Below are positions 54,593-64,000 of a stretch of DNA of 64,000 bases, in pieces (position 1 is the first letter of the stretch; each line of letters opens with the position of its first letter). The notes under the pieces are model-generated. The model did not search any database. It was not told the DNA's origin and saw nothing but the letters and a program-made list of their open reading frames with translations. Position numbers and translations under genes: made by a program. The stretch lies in NCBI GenBank assembly GCA_965203295.1, contig CBDBCZ010000019.1, positions 1,088,001 to 1,152,000 of the forward strand, written 5' to 3'. This stretch comes from Nitrospirales bacterium. GTDB lineage: Bacteria > Nitrospirota > Nitrospiria > Nitrospirales > UBA8639.

Positions 54593-55675
54593 ATGGATCA
54601 AGTAATCCTCATGCTTGGCACCCATAAGGGTGCTTTCTTTCTGAGAAGCTCTGGCAAGCGAGAGGTGTGGACACTCGATGGCCCCTATCTACAAGGGTAT
54701 CCAGTTGAATACCTCACGGCAGATACACGCCAAGGGGTGACTTTCTACGCCTCAGTCACGAATCCGTTTTACGGACCAGCACTTCACATGAGTCAGGACC
54801 TCGGTTACACCTGGCATCCCATGCCTTCGTCCCCTCGGTTTGAAAAAGAGCGGGAGAAGACCGTTGAACGAATTTGGGTCGTTGAACCAGGCCTCAAAGA
54901 CACACCAGAGATCCTCTATGCTGGAGTGGACCCTGGGGCGTTGTTTTTCAGCTAAGATGGAGGGAGCCACTGGCAAGAAGTTCAGGCGCTGACTGACCAT
55001 CCCACGCGTGCAAGCTGGTTCCCTGGAAATGGGGGAATGTGTCTTCACACAATTCAATTAGACCCCTCTGATCCCGAACAGATGTGGGTAGCGGTTTCAG
55101 CTGCGGGGGTGTTCTTCACCGAAAACAATGGTCGCACATGGGTTCCACGAAACCAAGGCATACGAGCTGAGTTTCTGCCTGATCACTACCCTGAGGTGGG
55201 GCAATGTGTTCATAAGCTGGTCGCCCATCCGACAAATCCTCACATCATGTATCTACAAAACCATGTAGGAGTCTACCGCACTAGCGATGGAGGGAAACAA
55301 TGGCACACGATTGAGACAGGACTTCCTGCGGTGTTTGGGTTTCCCATTCTTGTACATCCCCAAGAGCCCGACACGGTTTTTGTGGTTCCCCTCGTGAGTG
55401 CAGAAGAACGCTATATGCCAGAAGGGAAACCTGCTGTCTATCGTTCCAGAGATAGCGGCCAGACCTGGGAGCGGTTACGAACCAGATTGCCGACATCCAA
55501 TGCATGGCTCAATGTATTTCGGCAGGCTTTTGTCGCGGATACCCTCGACCCATCCGGACTCTATTTTGGCACGAGTACGGGACAACTGTTTGCCAGCGTT
55601 GATGTTGGAGAATCCTGGACATTACTAGCCGATTTTCTCCCTCCTATTCTGAGTGTTCGTGTTACGGTCAACTGA
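54593..55675 (+). pseudogene. BNR/Asp-box beta-propeller (sialidase-like) protein with nonsense codon
   Basis: SxDxGxxW repeats; in-frame TAA 54953-54955 in FFS*DGGSHW. Confidence 0.85.
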
Positions 55676-55704
55676 TTCATGAGTATTCAAGAAACGAAAA
55701 TTCA

Positions 55705-56094
55705 GTGAACATCAAACTAAAGCGTATATACGAACCTCTGGGTCAAGATGATGGATGTCGTATCCTCATTGATCGTTTGTGGCCGCGTGGTCTGAAAAAA
55801 CAACCGTCAACGACCGCTCTCTGGTTGAAAGAGATTGCGCCAAGCCAAGAGTTACGAAGATGGTTTGGGCATGATCCTCAAAAATGGACAGAATTTAAAA
55901 GGCATTATTTCCGTGAACTCGATGGGAATCCCGAGGGGGTAAGTCAGTTAATCAGGCAGATCGACAACGGCTCGGTGACATTGCTTTTTGCTGCTAAGGA
56001 TGAGACCCATAGCAACGCGGCTGCATTGAAAGAGTACTTGATGCACAAACAGGAGTATAACGTGCAGGATAGTAGTTCGAGGAAGGGTAACTGA
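55705..56094 (+). CDS. DUF488 / YeaO-family protein
   Basis: [25 protein letters not shown]. Confidence 0.9.
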   Translation: MNIKLKRIYEPLGQDDGCRILIDRLWPRGLKKQPSTTALWLKEIAPSQELRRWFGHDPQKWTEFKRHYFRELDGNPEGVSQLIRQIDNGSVTLLFAAKDETHSNAAALKEYLMHKQEYNVQDSSSRKGN

Positions 56095-56196
56095 AACCAT
56101 TTACTATTTACTAGGCAGGAGGATTCAATTGAAAACCAACAATTGTCAATGGACAAGATCAATTGACCTTTCCTCCTCAGTCGATTTCAATGGCTG

Positions 56197-57110
56197 TCAC
56201 ACCTCGATCACGACATTGGTCTTCGGCTTGGAAACGCAAATCAGCACACAGCCCGGGTTCGGCATGTCAAGAGGCTCTGTGACATATTCCACCTCCCCCT
56301 CGATTAACTTGGAACTGCAAGTATGGCAGATCCCCGTTCGGCAGCTGAAGGCGGGGCGGAGGCCTTGCGCCTCGGCAAGATCAAGGATGCTCTCCAACGA
56401 TGGATCCCACCTTCAACAACGAAGGCACGGAATCCTTCCCAGCCGTGCGGTCCCCTGACGGGTTCCGCCTTCTTAAGCATCTTCTCCAAATACATCCGCC
56501 ATGGCTCACTAAGAAACCGGGATGCCAGTACGCGCTTGAGGCTCGCTGGCTCATGGGATTCATAGAGGTAGACCCGGATAAATTCGGCGATGGTGGCGGC
56601 GCCGTCATCGCTTTCCACGAGCTCTATCGAGTCACCAGCGCCAACGTCGCCCTCTTCCAGCACACGACAATAGAAACCCATGCGACCAGCCTCTTGGAAA
56701 CGAGCCGGGAAGTCAGGCCCTTCCTCCATTCGCATCGTGAGTTTGTAGCAGGGGATGCGCGGCTGGGTGACCTGCAGCAGCGTCCCGCCCACGCGGAAGG
56801 TATCCCCAACCCGAACGGTGTCCTCGCTCAGGCCTTCTACGGTGAAGTTTTCACCGAACTGGCCATAGGGAAAGCCGTCGCGACCCAGCTCCCTCGCCCA
56901 GAAGGTATAGTGCTCGACAGGATAGCAGTAGATCGCCATATCGAAACCCACCCCATGGACGCGTCGATCGGCTTGGTCGTCGCCGTCAATATTAAGTCGT
57001 CGCACCATGACCCTCCCCCGCACCGGTTCCTTGAAAATCCCTGTCGTAATGGTCCTACCTAGGTAAGGGACGTCCTTGGGCAATGACACATTTACGGATA
57101 TGAGTTTCAT
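56197..57110 (-). pseudogene. MOSC / FAD-reductase / 2Fe-2S protein lacking its reductase domain
   Basis: MOSC (FGENFT, QPRIPCYK)...WEGFRAFVV joined out of frame at 56412/56413 to RWDPSLESILDLAE...SCRTGICHTC...LIC. Confidence 0.85.
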
Positions 57111-57353
57111 AGTATGAATCCTCCTTCGAATGAGGCCGGATCTGAGGTTTTCGGCTTGGAACAAAAAGGTCCTTCAGGTTCAAAATATCCTGAAGAGCCC
57201 TTGCCTATATTTATCTACCCATCCACGTGGGTTGGCTTACGGCACGACTTGTTTCCCATCGAGTGAACCTGGTTTATTGTTAGCATCTTGCCACTATTTT
57301 TGCTCCTTTCGAGTCTCAAAGGTCAAGTATTATTGCTCAAGCTCAAATAAAAT

Positions 57354-57677
57354 ATGAAGTCCCTGAGTCATGTGGTGTCGATTATCGCTAGTGTCACTGG
57401 AGATGTCACTTCCATCACCGCCTTATCGGCGGCTTTGTCGACCATGCTGCTAGAAGCCCAATATTCGCGGGCCTTTGAAGTGGAGGCTGATCAGTTTGCC
57501 TTGCAGTACTTGCAGGATCATTACATTCCCCTCAAGCATTTCGCCGACAGCTTGGTCCGGATGGAGAATGCGTCGAGAGCCTACGTCCCAATGCCCAACT
57601 ATCTCGCGACTCACCCCGCAACGCATCAACGGGTGAAATTGTTTCAAGACCAAGTCCCTACGAATTCGGGAGAATGA
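57354..57677 (+). pseudogene. C-terminal fragment of an M48 peptidase
   Basis: YSRAFEVEAD, YLATHP...RV; no HExxH region upstream. Confidence 0.7.
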
Positions 57678-58044
57678 AGAGTCCTAATGTTCTGCGTTTG
57701 CCTATCTCAATCCTTGTACCCCTGAATTGGTTTTACCCAGCCAGTCGAATAGGATTGACCAATTTGATGCGTAACCTGCTTTCTTGATGCCTCAAAAACA
57801 TTGGGCGAATCCTAGTCCTTGTCTGCCATTTTATTTTTCTATAAAGTATTGTCTCCCTTATAAGTAGGGGAGTTGAAAATCAAAAAGGGTCGACTCGATA
57901 AGGCATTCGTCAAACGTTCTTCCACAGAAAGTCTTCTTCTTTTTATCCAACCTTTGAAGAGCCAAAGAATAGTGGGTTGGAAGTGTGTAACCTGTGGAAC
58001 GAGGGTTTTTTCCATTAATTGCCCCGTCTGAGGAGAGATGAGCA

Positions 58045-59124
58045 ATGGATCTCGACTATCAACATACGATTGAAGGTATGCTTGCCCTTGAGGATGGGTC
58101 TGAGTTTGGGGGAACCGTGTTTGGTTATCCCAAAACGATATCGGGAGAGGTGGTCTTTAACACGGGGATGGTTGGGTATCCTGAGTCGTTAACTGATCCA
58201 TCGTATTCTGGACAAATTTTAATTCTCACATATCCACTAATAGGGAATTACGGAGTGCCCCAAAGTTCATCACTTGTAGGATTAGATTCTGTTTTCGAAT
58301 CTTGGACGATTCAGATTAAAGGCCTGGTGGTTTCTGATTATTCCCAGCACTTTCATCACTGGGATGCAGAAAAGAGTTTGGGGGCTTGGCTTCATGAATA
58401 TGGAATCCCTGGTCTATCCGGTGTGGATACACGAAAATTGACCAAGCGCTTAAGAGAGCGTGGCAGTATGTTAGGGAAAGTGCTTATGCCTGGAGAGGAT
58501 ATCGAATATTATGATCCGAACCAAGAGAATTTGGTCGGCCAGGTGAGTTCAAAAATTCCTGAGACATATGGTGAAGGGGATAAGCAGGTTGTGTTGATTG
58601 ATTGTGGTGCCAAAAACAATATTGCCAGGAGTTTGGTTCACCGTGGGGTCGCAGTGAGAATCGTTCCCTGGAATTACGATTTTTTACATGAAGATTTCGA
58701 CGGAGTGATTATTTCTAATGGTCCAGGGGATCCCAAGATGTGCCAAGAAACGATTGCCAACATTCGGAAATTGATAAATGGAAACCGGCCAGTGTTGGGA
58801 ATCTGTCTTGGAAATCAGCTTCTTGCTCTAGCAGCAGGAGCTGATACCTATAAACTCAAATTCGGCCATCATAGTCAAAACCAACCCTGCATTGAAGTTG
58901 GCACTCAGCGATGCTTTATCACCTCGCAGAATCATGGGTATGCGGTGAAAGACGATACCCTTCCCATTGATTGGGAGCCCTGGTATGTCAATGCCAATGA
59001 TGGGACGAATGAAGGTATTCGCCACAAATTTCGGCCTTTCATGAGTGTGCAGTTTCACCCTGAGGCCACTCCTGGGCCTTTGGATACGGAACCATTGTTT
59101 GACCGCTTCGTACAATTGCTCTAA
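58045..59124 (+). CDS. carA: Carbamoyl-phosphate synthase small subunit
   Basis: GEVVFNTGMVGYPE, SNGPGDP, GICLG, QFHPE. Confidence 0.96.
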   Translation: MDLDYQHTIEGMLALEDGSEFGGTVFGYPKTISGEVVFNTGMVGYPESLTDPSYSGQILILTYPLIGNYGVPQSSSLVGLDSVFESWTIQIKGLVVSDYSQHFHHWDAEKSLGAWLHEYGIPGLSGVDTRKLTKRLRERGSMLGKVLMPGEDIEYYDPNQENLVGQVSSKIPETYGEGDKQVVLIDCGAKNNIARSLVHRGVAVRIVPWNYDFLHEDFDGVIISNGPGDPKMCQETIANIRKLINGNRPVLGICLGNQLLALAAGADTYKLKFGHHSQNQPCIEVGTQRCFITSQNHGYAVKDDTLPIDWEPWYVNANDGTNEGIRHKFRPFMSVQFHPEATPGPLDTEPLFDRFVQLL

Positions 59125-59184
59125 TGCGTTTTTTGACCTGACTGAGTTGTTCAGGAAAGTTACCTTACAAGGTTTCGGTTCTTC

Positions 59185-62100
59185 ATGTTGAACGTGCAAA
59201 AACATAAAAAAGTTCTCATCCTTGGTAGCGGAGCACTGAAAATCGGTGAAGCCGGGGAGTTTGATTATTCTGGAAGTCAAGCGATCAAGGCCTTAAAAGA
59301 CGAAAACATTCATACCATTCTCGTCAATCCCAATATCGCCACGATTCAGACTTCCGAACATTTCGCGGATCAGGTGTACTTTTTACCGGTTACGCCCAGT
59401 TTTGTTGAGGGCGTGATTCAAAAGGAAAAACCGGATGGGATCATTCTGGGTTTCGGAGGCCAAATGGCTCTGAACTGCGGATTGGAACTTGCGGAACAGG
59501 GAGTCCTCTCCAAGTATGACGTCGAGGTCCTCGGAACGCCCATTCAGGCTGTTCGAGAGACCGAAGATCGTGAACTGTTTGCGAAAAAACTGACGGGAGT
59601 TGGCATCAAGGTTCCTCGTAGTTCAGCTGCCCATTCCCTCGATGAGGCCATTCAGGTTTCTCGGGACATCGGTTTCCCAGTCATGCTTCGAATCGCCTAT
59701 GCACTTGGAGGTCTAGGGTCAGGCATTTGCGAGACAGAAGAAGAGTTACGCGAACGGGCTTCCAAAGCTTTTCGATACACGAGTCAAATTCTGATCGAAG
59801 AATACCTGACAGGCTGGAAAGAAATTGAATACGAGGTTGTCCGTGACCGGTATGACAACTGCGTCACGGTCTGCAATATGGAAAATTTTGACTCCATGGG
59901 GATTCATACTGGGGAAAGTATTGTTGTCGCACCAAGCCAAACCCTGAGTGATAAGGAATACCATCTCCTTCGCTGGGTCTCTATACAAGCTGCACGTCAT
60001 TTAGGCATTGTCGGGGAATGTAATGTGCAATTTGCTCTGAACCCGAATACCGGAGAGTATCGGGTCATTGAAATGAACGCCCGATTATCAAGGAGTTCAG
60101 CCTTGGCTTCCAAAGCCACCGGTTACCCGCTGGCCTACATTGGAGCGAAGCTCGCTCTAGGGCACAACCTAGCCAGGCTTCCTAATTCGATGACAGGTGT
60201 CACGAATGCCTGCTTTGAACCTGCCTTAGATTACCTGGTTGTGAAAATGCCTCGCTGGGACTTGAAGAAATTCCGCATGGTCTCCAAGCGCATAGGCTCT
60301 GGCATGAAATCAGTCGGAGAAGTCATGGCAATCGGTCGGACATTTGAAGAGGCTCTTCAGAAAGCACTTCGCATGTTGGATATCGGGGTGTCGGGTCTGA
60401 TTGATACCAAAAGAGCGTCTGGATTTTCAGATGTCGAAACGGAACTTCAGGAGCCGACTCCAGAACGAATTTTTGCCATTCCAGTGGCGCTTCAGCGTGG
60501 CCTGACGATTGATCGGGTCTACGAACTGTCCCATATCGACAAATGGTTCCTCCATAAAATTCAAGGCATTGTCGAGATGGCCGGAAAAATTGAGGCGAAT
60601 GAGAGGCTCTTGGATGATGAAAGAATGTTGCGTCATGCCAAGCAATCCGGGTTTAGCGATCGACAAATTGGGCAGGCGATTTCCAGAGAGGAAGGTCAGG
60701 TGCGAGCGGCGAGGGAACGCCACGGCATTCATCCGTCTGCCAAGCAAATCGACACGCTCGCGGCGGAGTATCCTGCACAGTCGAATTATCTGTATTTAAC
60801 GTACAACGGGGATGAAGATGACCCTGAGATGGGTACACCGAATACGGTCATCGTTTTAGGTTCAGGAGCGTATCGAATAGGGAGTTCCGTTGAATTTGAC
60901 TGGTGCTGCGTCAACACTGTCCAAGCCCTGCGAAAACTCAATTATCGAACGATTATGATCAATTACAATCCGGAAACGGTGAGCACGGATTACAACGAAT
61001 GTGATGCGCTGTATTTCGAGGAACTCAGTTTAGAATCGGTGTACGAGATTTATCGAAAAGAACGCCCATTGGGTGTCGTGATCTCGATGGGAGGTCAGAC
61101 TCCGAATAACTTGGCTCTTTCCTTGCATCAGAACGGGATTCAGGTCCTCGGTACTCCACCGAGTTCTATTGATAACGCTGAAGATAGACATAAGTTCTCA
61201 AAACTTCTTGATTCTCTTTCTATTCATCAGCCGGAATGGGGAGAGTTAGTCGGAATTCATGAAGCCAAAGCTTTTGCGGAGAAAGTGGGCTATCCGGTGT
61301 TGATTCGCCCCTCGTATGTGTTGAGTGGAGCAACGATGGGAGTCGCTTCATCCGATGTTGAGTTGGAGAAATTTGTCGAGCGGGCAGCTCGTGTGTCTAT
61401 TGATTATCCTGTGGTGATCAGCAAATTCGTGGAAAATGCCAAAGAGCTTGAGATGGATGGTGTCGCCTGTCATGGGAAACTCATTCTTTCCGCTATATCT
61501 GAACATGTGGAAAATGCGGGTGTGCATTCCGGGGATGCGACCTTGGTCTATCCAGCTCAGCGTACGTATTTGGAGACCATTCGCCGAATAAAAAAGATTA
61601 GTGAAAAAATCGTCAAAGCCCTGGATATTAATGGGCCGGTGAATATTCAATTCATTGCCAAAGATAACGAGGTACAGGTTATCGAATGTAATTTGCGAGC
61701 CTCTCGAAGCTTTCCGTTTATTTCAAAAGTGTCTCGAGTCAACTTTATTGAAACCGCGACTCGAGTGATCATGGGAGAGCCAACGCAAATCATCAATAAT
61801 CCGGTAAGAGAAGTGGATTATGTTGGTGTGAAGGCACCACAATTCTCTTTCACGCGATTAGAGGGAGCAGATCCGGCGCTCGGTGTTGAAATGGCGTCTA
61901 CTGGAGAGGTTGCCTGTTTAGGCGATGATTTCGATGAGGCATTTCTGAAGGCGTTGCTGTCGGTGGGATATCATATGCCCATTCGGAGTGTGCTGTTGTC
62001 GACAGGGCCAGTGAAATCGAAGGCCTCGTTTGTGAGGGATGCGCAGTTGCTCGCCTTTATGGGCATCCATATCTATGCAACAAAAGGGACCGCTGAATTT

Positions 62101-62388
62101 TTAGCCAACCATGACATTCCAGTGACTTCGTTGTATTGGCCATTGGATCAAAAATCTCCAAATGCCCTAGAATATTTGGCCCAAGGGAAAATCGATTTGG
62201 TGATTAATATTCCCAAGAATTTTCAGGAGCAGGAGCTCACCAATGATTATTTGATTCGCCGGAAGGCTGTCGATCTGGTGATTCCATTAATCACCAATAT
62301 TCAATTAGCTCAACGGTTTGTTGAAGCCCTTTCCAAAAAAACTCTTCAAGACCTTCATATCAAGTCCTGGTCTGAATATCAGACCTAG
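59185..62388 (+). CDS. carB: Carbamoyl-phosphate synthase large subunit
   Basis: AGEFDYSGSQA, two ATP-grasp domains, C-terminal MGS domain. Confidence 0.97.
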   Translation: MLNVQKHKKVLILGSGALKIGEAGEFDYSGSQAIKALKDENIHTILVNPNIATIQTSEHFADQVYFLPVTPSFVEGVIQKEKPDGIILGFGGQMALNCGLELAEQGVLSKYDVEVLGTPIQAVRETEDRELFAKKLTGVGIKVPRSSAAHSLDEAIQVSRDIGFPVMLRIAYALGGLGSGICETEEELRERASKAFRYTSQILIEEYLTGWKEIEYEVVRDRYDNCVTVCNMENFDSMGIHTGESIVVAPSQTLSDKEYHLLRWVSIQAARHLGIVGECNVQFALNPNTGEYRVIEMNARLSRSSALASKATGYPLAYIGAKLALGHNLARLPNSMTGVTNACFEPALDYLVVKMPRWDLKKFRMVSKRIGSGMKSVGEVMAIGRTFEEALQKALRMLDIGVSGLIDTKRASGFSDVETELQEPTPERIFAIPVALQRGLTIDRVYELSHIDKWFLHKIQGIVEMAGKIEANERLLDDERMLRHAKQSGFSDRQIGQAISREEGQVRAARERHGIHPSAKQIDTLAAEYPAQSNYLYLTYNGDEDDPEMGTPNTVIVLGSGAYRIGSSVEFDWCCVNTVQALRKLNYRTIMINYNPETVSTDYNECDALYFEELSLESVYEIYRKERPLGVVISMGGQTPNNLALSLHQNGIQVLGTPPSSIDNAEDRHKFSKLLDSLSIHQPEWGELVGIHEAKAFAEKVGYPVLIRPSYVLSGATMGVASSDVELEKFVERAARVSIDYPVVISKFVENAKELEMDGVACHGKLILSAISEHVENAGVHSGDATLVYPAQRTYLETIRRIKKISEKIVKALDINGPVNIQFIAKDNEVQVIECNLRASRSFPFISKVSRVNFIETATRVIMGEPTQIINNPVREVDYVGVKAPQFSFTRLEGADPALGVEMASTGEVACLGDDFDEAFLKALLSVGYHMPIRSVLLSTGPVKSKASFVRDAQLLAFMGIHIYATKGTAEFLANHDIPVTSLYWPLDQKSPNALEYLAQGKIDLVINIPKNFQEQELTNDYLIRRKAVDLVIPLITNIQLAQRFVEALSKKTLQDLHIKSWSEYQT

Positions 62389-62551
62389 GAATTTCGTCTT
62401 TGCGTGCGAGAGCTCAATCTTCCCAAGAGGAAGATCCCATCAAATAGTGATAATGGAAAAAACTATTGATGAGATGCTTCTAGTGAAGGAGGACGTGAGG
62501 ACTGGCCTAAAATGATCCTGGGAAAAGGAGTGGTGTCAACAAAGTGAGAAA

Positions 62552-63763
62552 TCAAGTAGGGTAGGCGGTATTGATTTTCACGTACTCATAGGTCAAGTCA
62601 GTCGTCCACAGGTAATACGATCCTGAACCGATTCCAAGTGAAGCGGTTATTTGAAACTCTTCTTGCTGCATGATGCTTTGAGCTCGTTTTTCATAAGAGG
62701 GGCCAAGACCCTTCCCGTCTTTGACGACTGGAACACCGTTAAAATCTAGACTGAGCGAATGGGCAGAAACAGGAACTCCAGCTCGGCCAATGGCTGCCAT
62801 GATTCTGCCCCAGTTAGGATCTGCCCCGAAAAGAGCTGTTTTCACCAATGGTGAGGTTGCAATAGTTTGGGCTATTCGTTTTGCGTGGTGATCTGTTTTC
62901 GCTCCAGTGACGTAAATCTTGACTAATTTGGTTCTTCCTTCCCCATCTCTCCCAATCTCTAGAGCCAAGGTCAGGCACACCTGATTCAAGAGTTTTTGAA
63001 AAACCTGATAGCCGGGTGTCTTTAGTGTTAGCTGTGGGTTGCCCGCGAGGCCGTTGGCAATGCCCATGACCGTATCATTTGTACTGGTATCGCCATCAAC
63101 AGAAATACGATTAAAAGATTGCTCGACAGCATAGCGCAGAGCCTGTTGAAAGGCTTGTGGCGTAATGCGCGCATCGGTGGTGATGTAGGCCAGCATGGTT
63201 GCCATATCTGGGTGAATCATCCCGGAGCCCTTGGCCATTCCTCCAACCCTGATATGGGTTTGCTCAATAGTTGTTTCAAGGGCCGCTTCTTTAGAAAACG
63301 TATCCGTAGTCATGATTGCCTTTGCTGCATCCGTATGCCCGGAGCAACGAAGATGGAGCGCTAAAGATGGCATGGCTTTACGAATTTTGGCTAAAGGGAG
63401 TGGCTGTCCTATCAGACCAGTGGATCCTACATACACCATCTTAGGCTCAGTCTGTAACTCTTTGGCCACCAATGAGGCCATGTCCATCGCATCCGTTAAG
63501 CCCTGTGGCCCAGTACATGAATTAGCGTTGCCACTGTTAATGACAATGGCTTGGCCGATGGGCTGTCTGAGTTTGCGGCGGTTCACGATAACTGGTGCAG
63601 CTGGCAGGCGACTTTTCGTGAACACCCCAGCCATTGCGCCTGGATGGGAGGAAGCAATCAAGGCTAAATCCAATTGGGGCGCAGGCTTTATTCCGGCATG
63701 GATGCCGGCTGCCATAAATCCCTTTGGTGCCGTGACTCCGCTTTTGAGTCGTTTGAATGGCAT
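62552..63763 (-). CDS. argJ: Ornithine acetyltransferase / N-acetylglutamate synthase
   Basis: NSGNAN, IMTTDT, KGSGMIHPDMATML, DGDTSTND. Confidence 0.96.
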   Translation of the reverse strand: MPFKRLKSGVTAPKGFMAAGIHAGIKPAPQLDLALIASSHPGAMAGVFTKSRLPAAPVIVNRRKLRQPIGQAIVINSGNANSCTGPQGLTDAMDMASLVAKELQTEPKMVYVGSTGLIGQPLPLAKIRKAMPSLALHLRCSGHTDAAKAIMTTDTFSKEAALETTIEQTHIRVGGMAKGSGMIHPDMATMLAYITTDARITPQAFQQALRYAVEQSFNRISVDGDTSTNDTVMGIANGLAGNPQLTLKTPGYQVFQKLLNQVCLTLALEIGRDGEGRTKLVKIYVTGAKTDHHAKRIAQTIATSPLVKTALFGADPNWGRIMAAIGRAGVPVSAHSLSLDFNGVPVVKDGKGLGPSYEKRAQSIMQQEEFQITASLGIGSGSYYLWTTDLTYEYVKINTAYPT

Positions 63764-63802
63764 AACAATCGAGACCAGAGCGAATCTTCTAAGATGACAG
63801 CC

Positions 63803-64000
63803 TCATGGGAAAAAGCCTGGGGTGCTGAGTCCGAGTTCTTCAGGGAATCCCAAAAGAATATTCATTGATTGGAGAGCTTGCCCAGCAGCTCCTTTGACTA
63901 GATTGTCAATGGCTGCAATGGTGACGACGTGGCCTGTTTGCTTGTTGCGAAATACGCCGATATCACAAAAGTTTGAGCCTCTCACATGACTGGGGCTTAC
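63803..64000 (-). CDS. argC: N-acetyl-gamma-glutamyl-phosphate reductase, 3' end (partial)
   Basis: GSNFCDIG...[12 protein letters not shown]. Confidence 0.93.
   Translation of the reverse strand, partial: VSPSHVRGSNFCDIGVFRNKQTGHVVTIAAIDNLVKGAAGQALQSMNILLGFPEELGLSTPGFFP

Noticed and set aside
56400..57062. 220-aa plus-strand ORF (likewise 63231-63797)
   Set aside because: Antisense shadows of the MOSC gene and argJ

Overview
Bacterial chromosomal window. Gene content and order (ccsA-hemA-hemC-cobA/hemD-CBS-hemB-ribF-tilS-hpt-ftsH-folP-glmM-comEC) resemble Nitrospirota/Nitrospirales; this is inference from recalled gene families, not a search. Housekeeping genes (heme, ftsH, glmM, carAB, argJ, tRNA-Leu-CAA) are intact, but about 18 accessory or repair genes carry nonsense codons, 1-nt frameshifts or internal deletions. 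That pattern looks like early genome erosion in a host-restricted lineage. The most unusual structure is a family of short (GAG)TCTGACCC-core repeats tied to two decayed HUH/Y1 (RAYT-like) transposase loci. At 45.0-45.9 kb they form 20-bp terminal inverted repeats around the transposase. At 37.9-40.3 kb three copies bracket cargo genes like cassettes: a lipoprotein, a HEPN-like protein, and a Pycsar PycC-like cyclase that is cut at a repeat. Also present: a ~200-nt highly structured intergenic element, a Bacteroidota-type carAB pair, and a frameshifted ECF sigma with candidate target promoters. No CRISPR array or rRNA was seen.
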